In this document: piece by piece, positions 20,022 through 21,257 of the stretch
How the letters are laid out: each line of letters opens with the position of its first letter
How positions within the stretch are numbered: the first letter of the stretch is position 1
DNA from: an uncultured Deinococcales bacterium
GTDB lineage: Bacteria > Deinococcota > Deinococci > Deinococcales > JAAFIG01
NCBI GenBank assembly: GCA_964244895.1
Contig: CAXTKV010000079.1
Span: 1 to 21,257, forward strand
Direction of reading: 5' to 3'
DNA length: 21,257 nt
Translations under genes and position numbers: made by a program
The notes under the pieces: generated by a model
What the model was told of the DNA's origin: nothing
Databases searched by the model: none
Seen by the model: only the letters and a program-made list of their open reading frames with translations

Positions 20022-20066
20022 CTCGAGAACACCGTCTGGCGCGCGTTCAGAAAACGTGCGCTCGAG
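20022..20066. repeat. Hairpin repeat copy with shortened right arm, CTCGAG at both ends
   Basis: CTCGAGAACACCGTCTGGCGCGCGTT ... AACGTGCGCTCGAG. Confidence 0.75.
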
Positions 20067-20091
20067 CCTCGGGTTCCGGGAGCCGAATTGC

Positions 20092-20143
20092 GAGAGCACC
20101 GTCCAGCACGCATTCCAGGATTCGTGTGCTGGACGGTGCTCTC
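20092..20143. repeat. Intergenic hairpin repeat copy (type I) with a compensatory base pair
   Basis: Perfect 18-bp arms GAGAGCACCGTCCAGCAC / GTGCTGGACGGTGCTCTC; the consensus A-T pair is replaced by G-C in both arms. Confidence 0.93.
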
Positions 20144-20150
20144 TTGTTGC

Positions 20151-20618
20151 TCAGTTTTTCTCGTCCTCGGCTAGAGCGGCGATGAAGGCTTCCATCTCGG
20201 CGTTGAACTCCTCGGCTTCCACCTCGAGCTTCTGGCGCTGATCCGCCGAATGGTACGCCCGAGCTACGCCCTCCATGACATCGATCAGACCGCCCTGCGC
20301 ATCCTCCTGGACGCGCGCAGTGGCCGCGTCGAAGGTGTACGCGCCGCTGCCCAATGGAAATGCCCACATCAATTCCTGATCCAACACGTCCGGCCATTCC
20401 TCGAGTTCTTCCGTGCGCCCCTCCGCGTACTCGATGGACGCGTACTCACCCAAATCGGGTTCATCGTTGTTGAAATCTAAGCCAAAATGCACGCGCAGGA
20501 TGCCCGCTTCGCGCAAACCTGCGGCCATCGCCTCGAGCGCCGCACGGTTTTTTTTGTGGAACGCCTCGACTTCTTTTTTGAGCCGCGCGTCCATCGGGTA
20601 TTGCTCCCATTCAGCCAC
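20151..20618 (-). CDS. Acidic hypothetical protein, possibly a divergent DUF6878-like protein
   Basis: Start moved to GTG 20618 (MAEWEQYPMD), overlapping the upstream gene by 8 nt behind a GGGGGAAGA purine tract. Contains NRAALEAMAAGLREAGILRVHF.LD. Confidence 0.7.
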   Translation of the reverse strand: MAEWEQYPMDARLKKEVEAFHKKNRAALEAMAAGLREAGILRVHFGLDFNNDEPDLGEYASIEYAEGRTEELEEWPDVLDQELMWAFPLGSGAYTFDAATARVQEDAQGGLIDVMEGVARAYHSADQRQKLEVEAEEFNAEMEAFIAALAEDEKN

Positions 20619-20985
20619 GATCTTCCCCCGCTTTTGTCTCGAGTTCGCGGCTGAGGGCTTTCGCGCCCAGCGCCATCCACGGCCTGATCGGTAAACCTTC
20701 CAGCCAGTCCTGCACGGTCGGTATCTTGCCGCCCATGTCCTCCTTGACGTGCTGTTCACCGATTGCGCGCACCGGAATCACCTTGCCGACGGAATTGGTG
20801 ATGGTCGCACCGAAGACCTGTTCGCACAGGAAAATCCCGAAGCTCGAGTGCAGAATCGCGCGGTGCCGCACGTCCGGCAGGTGCGCTTTGGTCTGATCGA
20901 ACCAGTCGTGAATCGCCTGGTAATCCTCTGGGGTGCCGCCGTATTTTTTAGCGGAACTCAAGCTGTGATGGTACGGGTGCGCCAC
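20611..20985 (-). CDS. DUF6915 family protein
   Basis: MAHPYHHSLSSAKKYGG..EDY..IH.WFD..K....D.RHRA..H...GIF..E..FG.....S.G..IP.R.IGEQHV.ED...IP...DW signature. AGGAG RBS. Confidence 0.8.
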   Translation of the reverse strand: MAHPYHHSLSSAKKYGGTPEDYQAIHDWFDQTKAHLPDVRHRAILHSSFGIFLCEQVFGATITNSVGKVIPVRAIGEQHVKEDMGGKIPTVQDWLEGLPIRPWMALGAKALSRELETKAGEDRG

Positions 20986-21049
20986 GGTTTCTCCTGATGT
21001 CCCTCGAGCTGGTGTCCCTGGAGTATCGCACTGATCCCGATGGACGATG

Positions 21050-21102
21050 GAACACCGTCTGGTACGTGAATTTCAAGTCGTGCCTTAGACGGTATTCTCG
21101 AG
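21050..21102. repeat. Hairpin repeat copy overlapping the 3' end of the last ORF
   Basis: GAACACCGTCTGGTACG ... CGTGCCTTAGACGGTATTCTCGAG. Confidence 0.85.
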
Positions 21103-21257
21103 CCTGAACCACCACGCCATCAAGGCGACCATCGGGTCGCCGTCGAAATCGAGCAGGTCTTCCTTGCGCGGTCGGCGCAGCCCACCGTAATCCCATTCCA
21201 GCAGATCCGCGCCCGTCCGCCGCGCAACTTCGCGCAGTTCCAGGACGTGCGGGTTCG
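21085..21257 (-). CDS. 3' end of an unidentified protein (runs off the right edge)
   Basis: Manual translation ...NPHVLELREVARRTGADLLEWDYGGLRRPRKEDLLDFDGDPMVALMAWWFRLENTV*, with high GC at third codon positions. Confidence 0.6.
   Translation of the reverse strand, partial: NPHVLELREVARRTGADLLEWDYGGLRRPRKEDLLDFDGDPMVALMAWWFRLENTV

Noticed and set aside
11812..20759. ORF-track starts for ldrP (12744), carH (15090), aguB (19007) and the acidic ORF (20759)
   Set aside because: The extensions overlap upstream genes or the promoter; downstream starts have RBS motifs and fit the domain boundaries.
21186..21206. LLEWDYG as a histidine phosphatase motif
   Set aside because: In that family the motif is mid-protein and followed by about 100 residues; here the ORF ends about 30 residues later.

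Overview
GC-rich bacterial chromosomal window, most likely Deinococcota. This is supported by a LysW-pathway lysK, a carH/litR plus ldrP pair, a Deinococcus-Thermus-style insertion in Rel, and several leaderless TANNNT-N6-start promoters. Gene content: partial MFS transporter, lysK, small AT-rich membrane ORF, divergent DUF1772/TetR pair, Uma2 protein, uncharacterised HExxH gluzincin, bifunctional rel, AT-rich 2-TM ORF, cupin, GntR/UTRA regulator, DUF6958-like protein, a B12 light-sensing operon (carH, CrtD-like FAD oxidoreductase, ldrP, NAD(P)-binding SDR), membrane GGDEF-GAF-HD-GYP protein, aguA-aguB, a coupled DUF6915 / DUF6878-like pair and a partial ORF. The strongest non-genic signals are: (1) the palindrome CTCGAG, hand-counted about 90 times against about 7 expected, which is HIP-like; (2) about 14 copies of a hairpin repeat (consensus CTCGAGAACACCGTCCAGCACGCA-loop-TGCGTGCTGGACGGTGTTCTCGAG) filling most intergenic gaps, with arm subtypes and compensatory changes; (3) foreign-looking genes bounded by CTCGAG sites and these repeats. 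An 11-bp-periodic CarH-type operator overlaps the carH promoter. All family calls are from motif recognition, not database searches.
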